64,000 nt of DNA from assembly GCA_049320885.1 (NCBI GenBank), contig JBMORA010000047.1, forward strand, positions 14,754 through 78,753, written 5' to 3'. Below the pieces are notes generated by a model. It saw only the letters and a list, made by a program, of their open reading frames with translations, had not been told where the DNA came from and searched no databases. Of the stretch, positions 36,888-47,950 are shown piece by piece. Numbering within the stretch: the first letter of the stretch is position 1; each line of letters begins with the position of its first letter. Source of the DNA: Thermodesulfobacteriota bacterium. Its GTDB lineage: Bacteria > Desulfobacterota > Desulfobacteria > Desulfobacterales > SURF-7. The position numbers and the translations under genes were made by a program.

Positions 36888-38795
36888 ATGGAGTTTCGTC
36901 TGTTGCGTAACAGCAAGATGGGTATCGCCATTAAAACGGCGATTGCCGTGGGCGTGATGATCCTGATTCTCTTGACCATCAACGGAGTGATTTTTTTACG
37001 GCTCGAATCTTCACTGGTATCCCAGATATTGAATGAATATGTTCAGAAGGTGGACAAGGCCATCGATCAGCAGGGTGAAAAACAGCGCCAGGGGTTAAAG
37101 GAAAACCTGGCCAATCATGCGCTGGTGCTGGGCAACGCCGTGGCCACCTTCATCTACAACCTGGACAAATCCTCCCTGGAACAGATGCTGAGCGCTTATA
37201 TCAAGCTTCCGGAATTGAAAGCCGTGGAGGTTTTCGATGAGAACGGCGAACCCTTTTTCGCCATCTGGAAAAATCCCGGCATCCAGATCAAGCGGACAGT
37301 TCCGGATGATGTGCCCCTGGATGAGAGCCTGATGGGCGGCGCCGACGCTTTCCTGAAGGAGGAGAAAGTCGGATCCGTCAAAATCTATTTTACCGATGAG
37401 CTGATCAAGGCCCAGATGGAAGGCAGCAAACAGCTCGCCCAGTCGGACATCAATGCATTCAAAACCACCGTGGACGGGAAATTCAACCAGGCCGTCTGGA
37501 TTCAGGGAGGGATCATCCTGCTGGTTGTCATGCTGCTGGTGACCGCCATTGTGCTGGCCATGAACGTTCTGGCCATCAAGGGGATCCGCATGGTCGCCGA
37601 GGGGGCGAGGCGGTTTTCCGTGGGTGATATCGCCCTGGAAGGCATGAATATGGAGGAGATCGCAAAAATTAACGCCCGCGGGGACGAGCTCGGCGATACG
37701 GGGCGGGCTTTTTCCCAGCTCATCGAATACATGAAAGAAAAAACCCTGGCGGCCGCGGAGATCGCCAAGGGCAATCTCGACCTGGACGTGGCGATCAAAT
37801 CCGATGCGGATCAGCTCGGGACGGCCCTGAACCAGATGGTGGAAAGTCTGAATCAGGTGATCAGCGAACTGTATCTTGCCGCCGAACAGGTGGACGGCGG
37901 CTCCAATCAGGTTTCCGAATCCAGTCAATCCCTGTCCCAGGGAGCTACGGAGCAGGCCTCCTCCCTGGAGGAGATCTCCAGTTCCATGACGGAAATCGGT
38001 TCCCAGACCAAAACCAACGCGGAAAACGCGACCCACGCCAATCAACTGGCGACATCGGCCAAAGGGGTTTCGCTGAGCGGCGTCCAGCAGATGCAGGAAA
38101 TGACCCGGGCCATGGACGCCATCACCCAGTCCAGCAAGGAGATCGCCAAGATCATCAAGGCCATCGACGACATCGCGTTTCAAACCAATCTGCTGGCCCT
38201 GAACGCCGCGGTGGAGGCGGCCCGGGCAGGCAAACACGGGAAGGGCTTTGCCGTGGTGGCCCAGGAAGTCCGCACCCTGGCGGCCAGAAGCGCCAAGGCG
38301 GCCCAGGAAACCGCCGAATTGATCGACGCCGCCATCCGGAATGTGGACAACGGCAGCGGTATCGTCCAGAAAACCGCTCGGGCTTTGAACAGCATTAATG
38401 ACGAGATCACGAAGGTCACCGACCTCGTGGGGGAGATCGCCGCCGCCAGCAGCGAGCAGGCCCAGAGAATCACCCAGGTCAGCAAGGGCTTGTCACAGAT
38501 CGACAGCGTTACCCAGCAGAACACGGCCAACGCCGAGGAAACTTCCGCCGCGGCGCAGGAGCTGTCCTCCCAGGCAGCCCATGTTCGAAATCTGCTGGGC
38601 CGTTTCCGGCTGCGGCGACGGAGTCAGCCGTCTGCCTCCACAACCCGGCCGGAGCCGCCGCCATCCAGGCAGGCAGTCGTCCGCAGGATCGAAGATTCTG
38701 AATGGGGGGCGCCGGCCGGAGGGGCCGACAAAGGACGGATCGTAGCGCCGCAGGAAATCATCGCCCTGGATGATGACGAGTTCGGGAAATATTAG
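36888..38795 (+). CDS. Methyl-accepting chemotaxis protein with C-terminal pentapeptide EFGKY
   Basis: 2 [26 protein letters not shown]. Confidence 0.93.
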   Translation: MEFRLLRNSKMGIAIKTAIAVGVMILILLTINGVIFLRLESSLVSQILNEYVQKVDKAIDQQGEKQRQGLKENLANHALVLGNAVATFIYNLDKSSLEQMLSAYIKLPELKAVEVFDENGEPFFAIWKNPGIQIKRTVPDDVPLDESLMGGADAFLKEEKVGSVKIYFTDELIKAQMEGSKQLAQSDINAFKTTVDGKFNQAVWIQGGIILLVVMLLVTAIVLAMNVLAIKGIRMVAEGARRFSVGDIALEGMNMEEIAKINARGDELGDTGRAFSQLIEYMKEKTLAAAEIAKGNLDLDVAIKSDADQLGTALNQMVESLNQVISELYLAAEQVDGGSNQVSESSQSLSQGATEQASSLEEISSSMTEIGSQTKTNAENATHANQLATSAKGVSLSGVQQMQEMTRAMDAITQSSKEIAKIIKAIDDIAFQTNLLALNAAVEAARAGKHGKGFAVVAQEVRTLAARSAKAAQETAELIDAAIRNVDNGSGIVQKTARALNSINDEITKVTDLVGEIAAASSEQAQRITQVSKGLSQIDSVTQQNTANAEETSAAAQELSSQAAHVRNLLGRFRLRRRSQPSASTTRPEPPPSRQAVVRRIEDSEWGAPAGGADKGRIVAPQEIIALDDDEFGKY

Positions 38796-38817
38796 CGCAG
38801 GGAACGGGGGGCCGATC

Positions 38818-40536
38818 ATGGTTTTCGGCGCATGGGAGGAGAGCAAGCTGGGTATCGCCGTGAAGACATCCGTTGCCGCCGGTTTTGTCATCATGGTGCT
38901 GCTGCTGGCGAACGGGGCGGTTTTTTTGTTCCTGGAGTCCGAACTGGTAGCGAAGATTTTCGCCGGATATGTCCAGAAGATCGAAAAAGCCATTGACCAG
39001 CAGGGAGAAAAACAGAAGCGCGTTTTACAGGAAAATCTGATCCATCATGCGGACGTGATCGGAAACGCCGCCGCCACGTTCATTTACAATCTGGACAAGG
39101 TTTCCCTGGAGCGCATGCTGACGTCCTACATCAAGCTGCCGGAACTCAAGGCGGTTACGGTGCTGGATGAAAATGGGAATCCGTATGTTTCCATCTGGAA
39201 GGATCCCGGTATTCACATCAAACGCAACCTTCCCGAAAATTTGACCCTGGACAAAAATTTCATGGCAACGGCGGATGCCTTCCTGAAGGAGGAGAAAGTC
39301 GGTTCTGTACGTATTTTTTTCACCGACGAACTGCTTCTGGAGCAGATGAAGGTCAGCAAGCAGGCGGCAAAGGACGACATCGCCGTCTTTGAAACCACGG
39401 TCGACCGGGATTTTTATCGGGCGATCTGGATTCAGGGCGCCGTCATTCTGCTGGTTGTATTGATCCTGGTGGCCGCCATCGTATGGACCATGAATATTCT
39501 GGCCATCCGGCCGCTCAGACTGCTGACCGGAATGGTGCAAGACCTGGTTGCCGGCGGCGGGGATCTGACCAAACGTCTGGAATTGAAATCACGGGACGAG
39601 ATCGGGGCCCTGGCCGGCTGGTTCAACCGTTTCATTGAGTTGACCCAAAGCCTGATCCGCGAAATTGCCGCCAACGCTTCCACCCTCAACCGTTCCTCGC
39701 TGGACATGTCGAAGGTGGCGGACGCCCTTTCCACGGGGGCCAGAAGCATGTCGGAACAATCCAATGCCGTTACGCAAGCGGCCGACCAGATGAGCGCCAA
39801 TATGACCACCGTGGCTTCGGCCAGTGAAGAAGTCGCCAATACGGTGAACGCGGTGGCTGCCGCCACCGAGGAAATGACCGCCACTGTCATGGAAATCGCC
39901 CAGAATTCGGAGCGGGCCAGGGCGGTGACCGAAGAAGCGGTGGTGAAGACCCGTAACGCCTCCCGGCAGGTGAACCAGCTGGGCTCTTCCGCCGCCGCCA
40001 TCGGCAAGATTACGGAGGTGATCACCGAGATTTCCGGACAGACCAACCTGCTGGCGCTGAACGCCACCATCGAGGCTGCGCGAGCAGGCGAGGCCGGAAA
40101 AGGTTTTTCAGTTGTCGCCAATGAAATCAAGGAACTGGCCAAGCAAACCGCGGAAGCCACCTTGGATATCAAACGCACCATCGAGGGGATTCAAAATTCC
40201 ACCGCCGTTACGGTCATGGAAATCGAAGGCATCACCCAGGTGATTCACAACGTCAACGATCTGGTGGGGACCATTGCCGCGGCCGTGGAGGAACAATCGG
40301 TGACGACACGTGAAATCGCCGGAAATGTCAGCCACGCGGCCCGGGGTATCGATGAAGTCAACGAGAAAGTCAACCAGAACTCCGGCGTATCCAGCGAAAT
40401 CGCCCGGTCCATCGCCGAAGTGGATCAGGCCGTTGACATGTTGAAGCGCAACAGTATCCAGGTGAAAGACAGCGCCGGCTCCATGTCTTTTCTGGCGGAG
40501 CAGCTGAATACCATGGTGGGGCGGTTCAAGAGTTAG
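38818..40536 (+). CDS. Methyl-accepting chemotaxis protein, sensor paralogous to the upstream MCP
   Basis: 2 TM, HAMP (GDLTKRL...DEIG), [23 protein letters not shown]. Confidence 0.93.
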   Translation: MVFGAWEESKLGIAVKTSVAAGFVIMVLLLANGAVFLFLESELVAKIFAGYVQKIEKAIDQQGEKQKRVLQENLIHHADVIGNAAATFIYNLDKVSLERMLTSYIKLPELKAVTVLDENGNPYVSIWKDPGIHIKRNLPENLTLDKNFMATADAFLKEEKVGSVRIFFTDELLLEQMKVSKQAAKDDIAVFETTVDRDFYRAIWIQGAVILLVVLILVAAIVWTMNILAIRPLRLLTGMVQDLVAGGGDLTKRLELKSRDEIGALAGWFNRFIELTQSLIREIAANASTLNRSSLDMSKVADALSTGARSMSEQSNAVTQAADQMSANMTTVASASEEVANTVNAVAAATEEMTATVMEIAQNSERARAVTEEAVVKTRNASRQVNQLGSSAAAIGKITEVITEISGQTNLLALNATIEAARAGEAGKGFSVVANEIKELAKQTAEATLDIKRTIEGIQNSTAVTVMEIEGITQVIHNVNDLVGTIAAAVEEQSVTTREIAGNVSHAARGIDEVNEKVNQNSGVSSEIARSIAEVDQAVDMLKRNSIQVKDSAGSMSFLAEQLNTMVGRFKS

Positions 40537-42628
40537 GCCGCTCGAGTTCCTTCCGGATGGCCATGGCGATTTTTTCCAACGTATAGGGCTTGCGGATGTA
40601 AGCTCCGGCTCCCAGCCGCTGAGCGGCTTTGACGCGTTCGTTTTCCGCATACCCGCTGGCGATGACGGCTTTCTGGCCTGGATGGGTGTCGATGATCCGG
40701 CTGTAGGTTTCCAGCCCGTCCATTCCGGGAGCCATGATCATGTCCAGCACCAGGATGTCCGCCGTATGAGCCTTCAGATATTCCAGGGCCGCTTCGCCGC
40801 TGGGCATGACGACCACCTTGTAGCCTAGCCGGTTCAGCAGGGTGAAGGCGATTTCCCGCTGTTCCTCCACGTCGTCGATGACCAGAACGGTTTCCCCGCG
40901 ACCGCTGTATTTTTCCCGGGAAAACGCCTCCACCGGCGCTTCCATTTTTTCGCGGGTAACCGGAAAATACAGTTCGAATCTGGTGCCGAGCCCTTCCTTG
41001 CTTTCCACATTGATATATCCATTGTGATCCTGGACCGTGCCCCAGATCACCGACATTCCAAGACCCGTGCCGCTGCGGCCCATGACTTTTTTGGTATAGA
41101 AGGGTTCAAAGATGCGGTTGAGGTCTTCCATGGGGATTCCGGAGCCGCGATCCTCCACGATAAGGACAACATAATCGCCCTCATGGACGCGGTCATATCC
41201 GGTTACCGGGATATCCACATACCGGTTTTCGGTTTTGACGATGATCGTGCCGCCTTCGGGCTGGGCTTCGGCCGCATTTGAAATCAGGTTCATGAAGGCT
41301 TTCCGCAGGTGGATGGCACTGCCGCGGATGTTCATGAGATCCGTGGCCAGGTGGGTTTCGAGGGCAACCCCCGGATGATAGGCGGTCAGTTTCTGAAATT
41401 CAGGGGAATCCAGATAATCGTGGATGACATCCCGGTTCAGATCCAGGACGATCATGCTGGTTACGCCCCTCCGCGCCAGGGCCAGCAGATCCTGGACAAT
41501 GGCCGCCGCTTTTTGACCGGAACGTTGGACGGTTTCAATCATATGCCGCATGGGGTCTTCCGGCGGCAGGTCCATGAGGATCAATTCCGGATAACTGACG
41601 ATGCCGGACAACACGTTGTTCAGGTCGTGGGCGACGCCGCCGGCCAATAAACCCAGGGCCTCCATTTTTTGGGATCGGACCAGGCGTTCCTCCAGGATCG
41701 ATTTTTCCTGGTAGGCGCGCTGCCGTTCCTGAATTTCGGTCTGGAGTTTTTCGTAGCTGGAGCGCAGTTCCCTGGTGCGGTCCTCGACGATGGACTCCAG
41801 ATCGGCGTTCAGGCGCGCCAGTTTCCGGTTGGTCTCTTCCAGCTGGGCGGCGTAGGAATCCCGCGCTTCTATGGATCGGTTCAGGCGTTGATGCTGTTCC
41901 CTGAGTTGCAGCGACATGGCGTTGAAGGAATCGGCCACTTCGCCGATTTCATTTTTCAGGGAAAGGCTCACCTGCTCACCGAGGTGGCCCTGCATGACCC
42001 TGTCCATGGCGTCCCGCAGACGCCATACCGGCTGAACCACCAGCCGGATCAGGAGGTGGTGGAGGACGAGCGAAAGGGTAAGGAGCATGCCGCCGAAAAC
42101 CCCGACGATCAGCAACAGACGCATCCGGGATGCGTGGTACAGATCGGACAGGTCGAAACAGGCGATGAAATACCCCTGGCGTTCGCCGATTACTTCGATG
42201 GTGGTGTAAAAGGCGATGTGCGGCCGATTGCCGAGCCTGATTTCCTCGTATGTCGGTCCGTTTTCCAGCGACAGGCGCGTGTTCATATCCAGGGACCGGA
42301 ATTGCCGTGCACCGACGGCCTCCAGCAGGTTTCCGGCGGCATCGAAAATGCTGACGGTGCCGATGCCCTTGACCTTCGTGATATCCATCAGGATGTAGGC
42401 GACGGCCCTGGTGTGCCCGGCGAAGATCTCGTTGGCCAGCTCTTCGTGATTCTGCAGGTAGACGGTGCTGAGCAAGACCTTGGCGAGTTCGATCTGGGAG
42501 CGGCGCTGGTTTTTTTCATACGCATAGAAAAACAGGCTGAAGGCCAGTAAAACAGCGGCGCAGACAGTCCAGATGGCGGTGTTGATCCGGAAACTGAGGC
42601 TGCGGGTATTGGTTACCGGAGAACCCAT
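40526..42628 (-). CDS. Hybrid sensor histidine kinase (2 TM, HAMP, HisKA, HATPase, REC)
   Basis: [30 protein letters not shown]. Confidence 0.93.
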   Translation of the reverse strand: MGSPVTNTRSLSFRINTAIWTVCAAVLLAFSLFFYAYEKNQRRSQIELAKVLLSTVYLQNHEELANEIFAGHTRAVAYILMDITKVKGIGTVSIFDAAGNLLEAVGARQFRSLDMNTRLSLENGPTYEEIRLGNRPHIAFYTTIEVIGERQGYFIACFDLSDLYHASRMRLLLIVGVFGGMLLTLSLVLHHLLIRLVVQPVWRLRDAMDRVMQGHLGEQVSLSLKNEIGEVADSFNAMSLQLREQHQRLNRSIEARDSYAAQLEETNRKLARLNADLESIVEDRTRELRSSYEKLQTEIQERQRAYQEKSILEERLVRSQKMEALGLLAGGVAHDLNNVLSGIVSYPELILMDLPPEDPMRHMIETVQRSGQKAAAIVQDLLALARRGVTSMIVLDLNRDVIHDYLDSPEFQKLTAYHPGVALETHLATDLMNIRGSAIHLRKAFMNLISNAAEAQPEGGTIIVKTENRYVDIPVTGYDRVHEGDYVVLIVEDRGSGIPMEDLNRIFEPFYTKKVMGRSGTGLGMSVIWGTVQDHNGYINVESKEGLGTRFELYFPVTREKMEAPVEAFSREKYSGRGETVLVIDDVEEQREIAFTLLNRLGYKVVVMPSGEAALEYLKAHTADILVLDMIMAPGMDGLETYSRIIDTHPGQKAVIASGYAENERVKAAQRLGAGAYIRKPYTLEKIAMAIRKELERPNS

Positions 42629-42642
42629 GTTCTTGTTTTCCG

Positions 42643-43797
42643 TTACGGAGAGTAGGCCTTATGGAATTGCCAGTTTCCCTGGTGGAACCGCAGGATTCCG
42701 GCGTTTTTGTGAATCGGATTCCTGTCGGCGTCAAATCGAAACAGACCGGTCACACCGGCATAACCGGATGTCGCCGCAAGCCCGTTGCGGATGTCTGCGC
42801 GATCCGGTGAAGCGGAGCGCCTGACGGCATCGGCGAGCAAGCGGACGGCATCGTACGAAAGGGGGGCAAAGGAACTGATCTCTCCACTGCCGCAGGCTTT
42901 TCGATAGGCGCCGATGAACGCCTTGCTGTGCTGGCTGGGCAGATCCGGATGCCAGTGGGTGGAATAAAAACTGCCCTCCAGGGCTTCCCCGGCATATTCT
43001 TGGATCTCGGGCTCCCAGGCGTCTCCGCCCATGAAAACGGAGTGAATGCCCATGGCCCGCGCCTGTTTAATGATAAGGCCGCTGTCCCGGGAATATCCGG
43101 GGACAAAGACGACATCCGGAGCCGACTCCGTGACGGGAGCCAGGAGTTCCCGGAAATCCACCGCCGAGCCTTTGTAGCCTCCCTGAAAAAGGATCCGGCC
43201 CCCCTGGCGGATAAACGCTTCGGCAAAATACTGCGCCAGGATTTGGCTGTAGGTTTCGCTGATATTGGTCAGGATGGCTGCGGTGCGGACGCCGATATCG
43301 CGAAAAGCAAAGTCGGCCATGAGTTTGCCCTGGAAATCATCGGTATAGCAGCTGCGGAAAATGTAATTGCCCACACGGGTCACCTCCGGCGCCGTGGAGC
43401 CGGGTGTGATCATGGGGATGCCCGCCTGTTGCAGCAAGGGGGCAATGGCCAGGGAGTGGGTGCTCCAGAGATCCCCCACAACCGCCGTGACGTCCTGCTG
43501 AATGGCTTCTTCTGCCATTTTTTTTCCATGCAGCGGCGAACTCCGGCTGTCGAGAACGATGAGCACGAGGGGACGCCCCCGCAGTCCTCCTTCCCGGTTG
43601 ATTTCCTCGACGGCGATCCGGGCCCCCTGCAAAGCGGCCTTCCCATAGGCTTCGGCCTTGCCGCTCTGGGGAAGAATGGCGGCGACGGTAACCGGCCGGC
43701 CGGATTCGGCTGACAGCTTCTCCGTGGGAATGAGAAATAGCAGCAGGAATACCAGTATCGGACGAATAGATGCGGCTTTATGGAAGATCGGTATCAT
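42643..43797 (-). CDS. LivJ/LivK-type periplasmic binding protein
   Basis: Signal peptide, EINREGG, ST.P.VT, YIFR, D.FQG, SYDA. Confidence 0.88.
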   Translation of the reverse strand: MIPIFHKAASIRPILVFLLLFLIPTEKLSAESGRPVTVAAILPQSGKAEAYGKAALQGARIAVEEINREGGLRGRPLVLIVLDSRSSPLHGKKMAEEAIQQDVTAVVGDLWSTHSLAIAPLLQQAGIPMITPGSTAPEVTRVGNYIFRSCYTDDFQGKLMADFAFRDIGVRTAAILTNISETYSQILAQYFAEAFIRQGGRILFQGGYKGSAVDFRELLAPVTESAPDVVFVPGYSRDSGLIIKQARAMGIHSVFMGGDAWEPEIQEYAGEALEGSFYSTHWHPDLPSQHSKAFIGAYRKACGSGEISSFAPLSYDAVRLLADAVRRSASPDRADIRNGLAATSGYAGVTGLFRFDADRNPIHKNAGILRFHQGNWQFHKAYSP

Positions 43798-45041
43798 TTC
43801 CTCGTTCCGGCGTTAGCTTGGCGGGCCATTTTTTCGGCCTCCTCCCGTTCCAGGGAAGGCGTCACCTGTTTATGATAATGCGGTTGTCCCGCGATGATTT
43901 TCATGATGACCATGCTTTTCACCGGATCACGTTTCCGGTTGAAGCAAAGTGTTCCGGTGACGCCCTCAAAACCGCAGGTCGCCGCCAGCGACTCGCGAAT
44001 GGCGGGCCGGCTGGTGGAGCCGGCTCGGCGGATGGCGTCGGCCAGCAGGTAGACGGCGTCATAACTGAGGGCCGCCGGCGCCAGGAACGGCGTGCGTTCC
44101 TTATAACGGTTGTAAAAGGATTTGGAGGGGACGGAATCGACGGCCTCATTCCAGTGGGTGGCGTAATAGCCATGGGCCAGCCGGTTGCCTCCTTTCAGGA
44201 AAAAGCTCTTGATATCCCAGCCGTCGCCGCCGATAACCACGACGCTCAAGCGGCTGCGGGCCATTTCGGCGACAATCGGGCCGCTGTCGTCATATCCCGG
44301 TAAAAAGACGGCATCCGGCCTGGCCATTTTGATAGCGTCCATCAGTTCCCGGAAGGATTGCTGACGGCCCCGGTAATCGATAACCGCCGGGACCAGGCCG
44401 CCCATCCTGGTGAACTCGGTTTGAAATGTCCGGGTCAGTCCGATGCTGTAATCGCTGGAAAGATCCCGGAGGATCGCCACGCGTTTCACCTCGATTTCCC
44501 GGCTGGCGAATTCCGCCAATATCCGCCCCTGGAAAATATCGGTGCAGCAGACCCGGAAGATGCAATCACCGATCCGGGTCACTTCCGGATTCGTGGAGAT
44601 ATTGGATATCATGGGGATTCCGCCGGCCTGAAGAACTCTGGCGGCGGCCATGGAATGCGAACTCCAGGCCGGTCCGATGACGGCGGACACGCCGGCTGCA
44701 ACCGCCTCATCGGCGGCGATTTTGGAGCCGATGGGCGTACTCTGGTTGTCCAGCTCCAGCAGGGTCACGGGCAGCCCCTGTATGCCGCCGTTACTGTTGA
44801 GTTCGTCCACCGCCCAGCGCACTCCGAGGGCCGAGGGGATATGCGCCTGGGCTGCCGGTCCGCTGCGGGCGAAAATGGAGGCGATGCGGATGACATTTCC
44901 TCCGCCGGGGGCATCCCCGGCAAGGCAGGGCCTATTCCCGGAAACCAGCCAGATCAGGAGACCCAGAAAGAAAACGGTCCGTTGCGCCAGGGCGCCGGTA
45001 CCGGCTGGCAGGCATTGCTGGACGGTTGTCACGTTTTTCAT
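43794..45041 (-). CDS. LivJ/LivK-type periplasmic binding protein
   Basis: Same motifs; ATGA overlap with the next SBP; start uncertain. Confidence 0.88.
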   Translation of the reverse strand: MKNVTTVQQCLPAGTGALAQRTVFFLGLLIWLVSGNRPCLAGDAPGGGNVIRIASIFARSGPAAQAHIPSALGVRWAVDELNSNGGIQGLPVTLLELDNQSTPIGSKIAADEAVAAGVSAVIGPAWSSHSMAAARVLQAGGIPMISNISTNPEVTRIGDCIFRVCCTDIFQGRILAEFASREIEVKRVAILRDLSSDYSIGLTRTFQTEFTRMGGLVPAVIDYRGRQQSFRELMDAIKMARPDAVFLPGYDDSGPIVAEMARSRLSVVVIGGDGWDIKSFFLKGGNRLAHGYYATHWNEAVDSVPSKSFYNRYKERTPFLAPAALSYDAVYLLADAIRRAGSTSRPAIRESLAATCGFEGVTGTLCFNRKRDPVKSMVIMKIIAGQPHYHKQVTPSLEREEAEKMARQANAGTRK

Positions 45042-45187
45042 ATCGAATTATGACGCCATTTCGTTTCAATTATCAAACAGACTGAAAATCCGGATTCCGC
45101 CGAAAAGGACGCCGCCGCGGAAGCAATGTGAATGGGAGTTCGGGTTTGTGCAAACAACTATCTCAGAATCGGGGTGATCTGTCAACT

Positions 45188-45232
45188 GGAACTGCGGAGC
45201 TGGAACTGCGGAGCGGATCTGCGGAGCGGATC
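45188..45232. repeat. Tandem 13-bp repeat GGA(A/T)CTGCGGAGC, ~3.4 copies
   Basis: Units at 45188, 45202, 45215; partial at 45228. Confidence 0.75.
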
Positions 45233-45450
45233 AAAAGTAAAAAATGGGTGCTTGGGCATTCCTGGTCCTTGAAGTTTTGGCCAGATGGCCTTTACATGCG
45301 ATGGCCCTGCGCTTGACATGGGAATGCGTTGCCGTTTAGGATAGCCGGTATTCAATTCGGGAACCTGTGATCCGGTCGTGAGTCTTCGATCCGGACAGCG
45401 TTCCGCTCAACCGATCCGGCGATATGCAAACCAGCGGAAGGAGATTCGCC

Positions 45451-47331
45451 ATGAAGCAGATGGGAGCGATGCTGCTCACCCGGGAGAGCTTCTCGGAGAT
45501 CGTAATGGGGAACACGGCCATTGTAAGGGCCATGGTGGAAGCGGGGACCCGGGTGGTGACTTCCTATCCCGGATCGCCGACACCGGAAATCGCCGACGCC
45601 ATCGGCTCGATTCCCCGGAAGGACCGACCTTTTTACTTCGAGTTTTCCACCAACGAGAAGGTCGCCACGGAAGTGGCCTACGGCGCGGCGGTGAACGGAC
45701 GCCAGGCGGCCGTATTTTTCAAAAGCGTGGGACTCAACGTCGCGGCGGATACCTTTGTGCAGCTGAGCATGATGAATATCATCGGCGGCCTGGTGGTGAT
45801 AGTGGGGGATGATCCGGGAGCCAATTCCTCCCAGAACGAGCAGGACAATCGCCACTATGCCCGGATGAGCTATATGCCGGTGCTGGAGCCGGCCGATCCC
45901 GGGGAGGTGTACCGTTTTTACCTGTCGGCCGCCGCCCTGTCACGGCAGAAACAGATGCCCGTGATGCTGCGGCTGACCACCCATGTGTGCCACGCCAAGC
46001 AGCGCGTCGCTTTCGGTTCCTACCGGCCGGAACAGCCGGACGATACCCCCCGTTTCAGCGCCGTAAACGGCCCCTACGTGCCCATCGCGGCGGATGTGTT
46101 CCCCAAGAAACGCAAGGCCTTGAAGAGCCTTGCGGAAGTCGCGGCCATGACGGAAACGGCGGATTGGAACCGGGTGGTGGACAACGGCAATCCGGATTAC
46201 GGCGTCATCACCATGGGGCTGCCGTTCCTGTCCCTGATGGAAGTGATATCCACCGGGACTTTCCGGCCGGATATCCTCAAACTCGGAATGATCCATCCGG
46301 CGCCGCGCCGCCTCATGGAAGATTTCCTGAGCCGCCACCGGGAAGTGAAAATCCTGGAGGAGCTGGACGATGTGCTGGAGAAGGAAGCGAAGGCCGTCGC
46401 CTTTGACGCCGGTCTCCGGTTGAACATCATCGGGAAGACCGATCCGGAGGACTGGGTGGGCGAATATACTCCCGACAAGGTCCGGCAGGTGCTCCAGGCA
46501 GCCTGGCCGGACCTGGCGCCTTTTCGTCCGGAGGCTCCGGCGGCGCGTCCCCAGGTGCCGGCCCGCCCGCCCCAGATGTGCCCGGGATGCGGTCACCGCA
46601 GCGCCTTTCACGCCATCAAGCAGGCGTTGTCCGGTTCCGAAATCACCGTGGCGGATATCGGCTGCCATACCCTGGGATACCTGCCCCCCTACCGGGTGGG
46701 GGAACTGCTGATGTGCATGGGGGCTTCCACGGGCATGGGCGCGGGGCTGTCCCTCTTCAACGACACCCGCCGGGTGGTGGCCTTCCTGGGCGATTCGACC
46801 TTTTTCCACGCCGGTTTGCCCGGCGTGATCAACGCCCTCTTCAACAACCACCGGCTGACGCTGATCGTGATGGAAAACGGCACCACGGCCATGACCGGCC
46901 ACCAGGACCACGCGGGGTCGGGAAGGAATTTCAACCATGCCACCGACCGGATTCCCGTGCGGCGGCTCCTCGAGGGCCTGGGCGTCCGTCATATTTTCGA
47001 GGCCGACACCTACCAGCAGGCCAAGCTGACGGATCTGGTCCGGCAGGCCCTTTCCGTGGACGGATTCAGCGTGGTCATCGCCCGGCATCCCTGCATGCTG
47101 AAATTCATGCGCGAGCAGCGCCGCCGGCCGGATTTCAAAAGCCGCCGGGTGGCGGTGGATCAGGAAAAGTGCCGGCGGTTGCATACCTGCGTGGAAGAGT
47201 TCGCCTGTCCGACCTTTACCCGGGCCGCGGACGGCGCGGTGACCATCCATCCGGACCTGTGCATCGGTGACGGTTCCTGCCGCCAGACCTGTAAGGCGGA
47301 GGCCGTCGTTGGTCCGGAAACGGTTGCGTGA
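45451..47331 (+). CDS. iorA: Indolepyruvate:ferredoxin oxidoreductase alpha subunit family
   Basis: YPGSP, STNEKVA, GLNVAAD, SSQNEQD, CPGCGHR, DIGC, GDSTFFH, TAMTGHQ. Confidence 0.92.
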   Translation: MKQMGAMLLTRESFSEIVMGNTAIVRAMVEAGTRVVTSYPGSPTPEIADAIGSIPRKDRPFYFEFSTNEKVATEVAYGAAVNGRQAAVFFKSVGLNVAADTFVQLSMMNIIGGLVVIVGDDPGANSSQNEQDNRHYARMSYMPVLEPADPGEVYRFYLSAAALSRQKQMPVMLRLTTHVCHAKQRVAFGSYRPEQPDDTPRFSAVNGPYVPIAADVFPKKRKALKSLAEVAAMTETADWNRVVDNGNPDYGVITMGLPFLSLMEVISTGTFRPDILKLGMIHPAPRRLMEDFLSRHREVKILEELDDVLEKEAKAVAFDAGLRLNIIGKTDPEDWVGEYTPDKVRQVLQAAWPDLAPFRPEAPAARPQVPARPPQMCPGCGHRSAFHAIKQALSGSEITVADIGCHTLGYLPPYRVGELLMCMGASTGMGAGLSLFNDTRRVVAFLGDSTFFHAGLPGVINALFNNHRLTLIVMENGTTAMTGHQDHAGSGRNFNHATDRIPVRRLLEGLGVRHIFEADTYQQAKLTDLVRQALSVDGFSVVIARHPCMLKFMREQRRRPDFKSRRVAVDQEKCRRLHTCVEEFACPTFTRAADGAVTIHPDLCIGDGSCRQTCKAEAVVGPETVA

Positions 47332-47347
47332 AGCCAAGGAGATCGTC

Positions 47348-47950
47348 ATGGAGACCTTCAATATCCATTTGACCGGAGTGGGCGGCCAGGGAATCGGCCT
47401 GCTCAGCGAAGTGATTTTGCGGGCGGCGGATCATGCCGGCCATGATGTCAAGGGCGTGGACACCCATGGCCTGGCCCAGCGGGGCGGCATCGTCGTCTCC
47501 CAGATCCGCATCGGCAAGACCGTGTTCTCACCGCTCATCCCGGCCGGAACCGCCGACCTGGTCATCGCCCTGGAACGTCACGAGGCACTCCGGGGTCTGA
47601 ACGGCATGTTGCGGGACGGGGGCGTCCTGATCTATTACAATACCGTCTGGCAGCCGCTGGAAGTGCGGCTCGGGCAGGCCGGGGAAGCCGGCCTGGAAGT
47701 CATTGCCGCGGAGTGCGCGAAACGTTCCGTCACGGAGTATCGCGTCCTGGATCCGTCCCTGGTGGACGCCCGGATGCAGAACATGGCGATCCTGGCGGTG
47801 GTGGCCGAAAAGCGCTTGATCCCCGGCCTGGACGAAGGGCATTTCGAAAAGGCCATGGAGGATCTCATGGGTTCCGCCATGCTGGAAAAGAACCGCCGGG
47901 TGTTCCGGTCTTCCGTCACTCGGGCCAGTATTTCTGCTTGTCCCGTCTGA
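47348..47950 (+). CDS. iorB: Indolepyruvate oxidoreductase beta subunit
   Basis: GVGGQG, HGLAQRGG. Confidence 0.9.
   Translation: METFNIHLTGVGGQGIGLLSEVILRAADHAGHDVKGVDTHGLAQRGGIVVSQIRIGKTVFSPLIPAGTADLVIALERHEALRGLNGMLRDGGVLIYYNTVWQPLEVRLGQAGEAGLEVIAAECAKRSVTEYRVLDPSLVDARMQNMAILAVVAEKRLIPGLDEGHFEKAMEDLMGSAMLEKNRRVFRSSVTRASISACPV

Noticed and set aside
45188..45232. CRISPR array
   Set aside because: 13-bp units with no spacers, and no cas genes in the window
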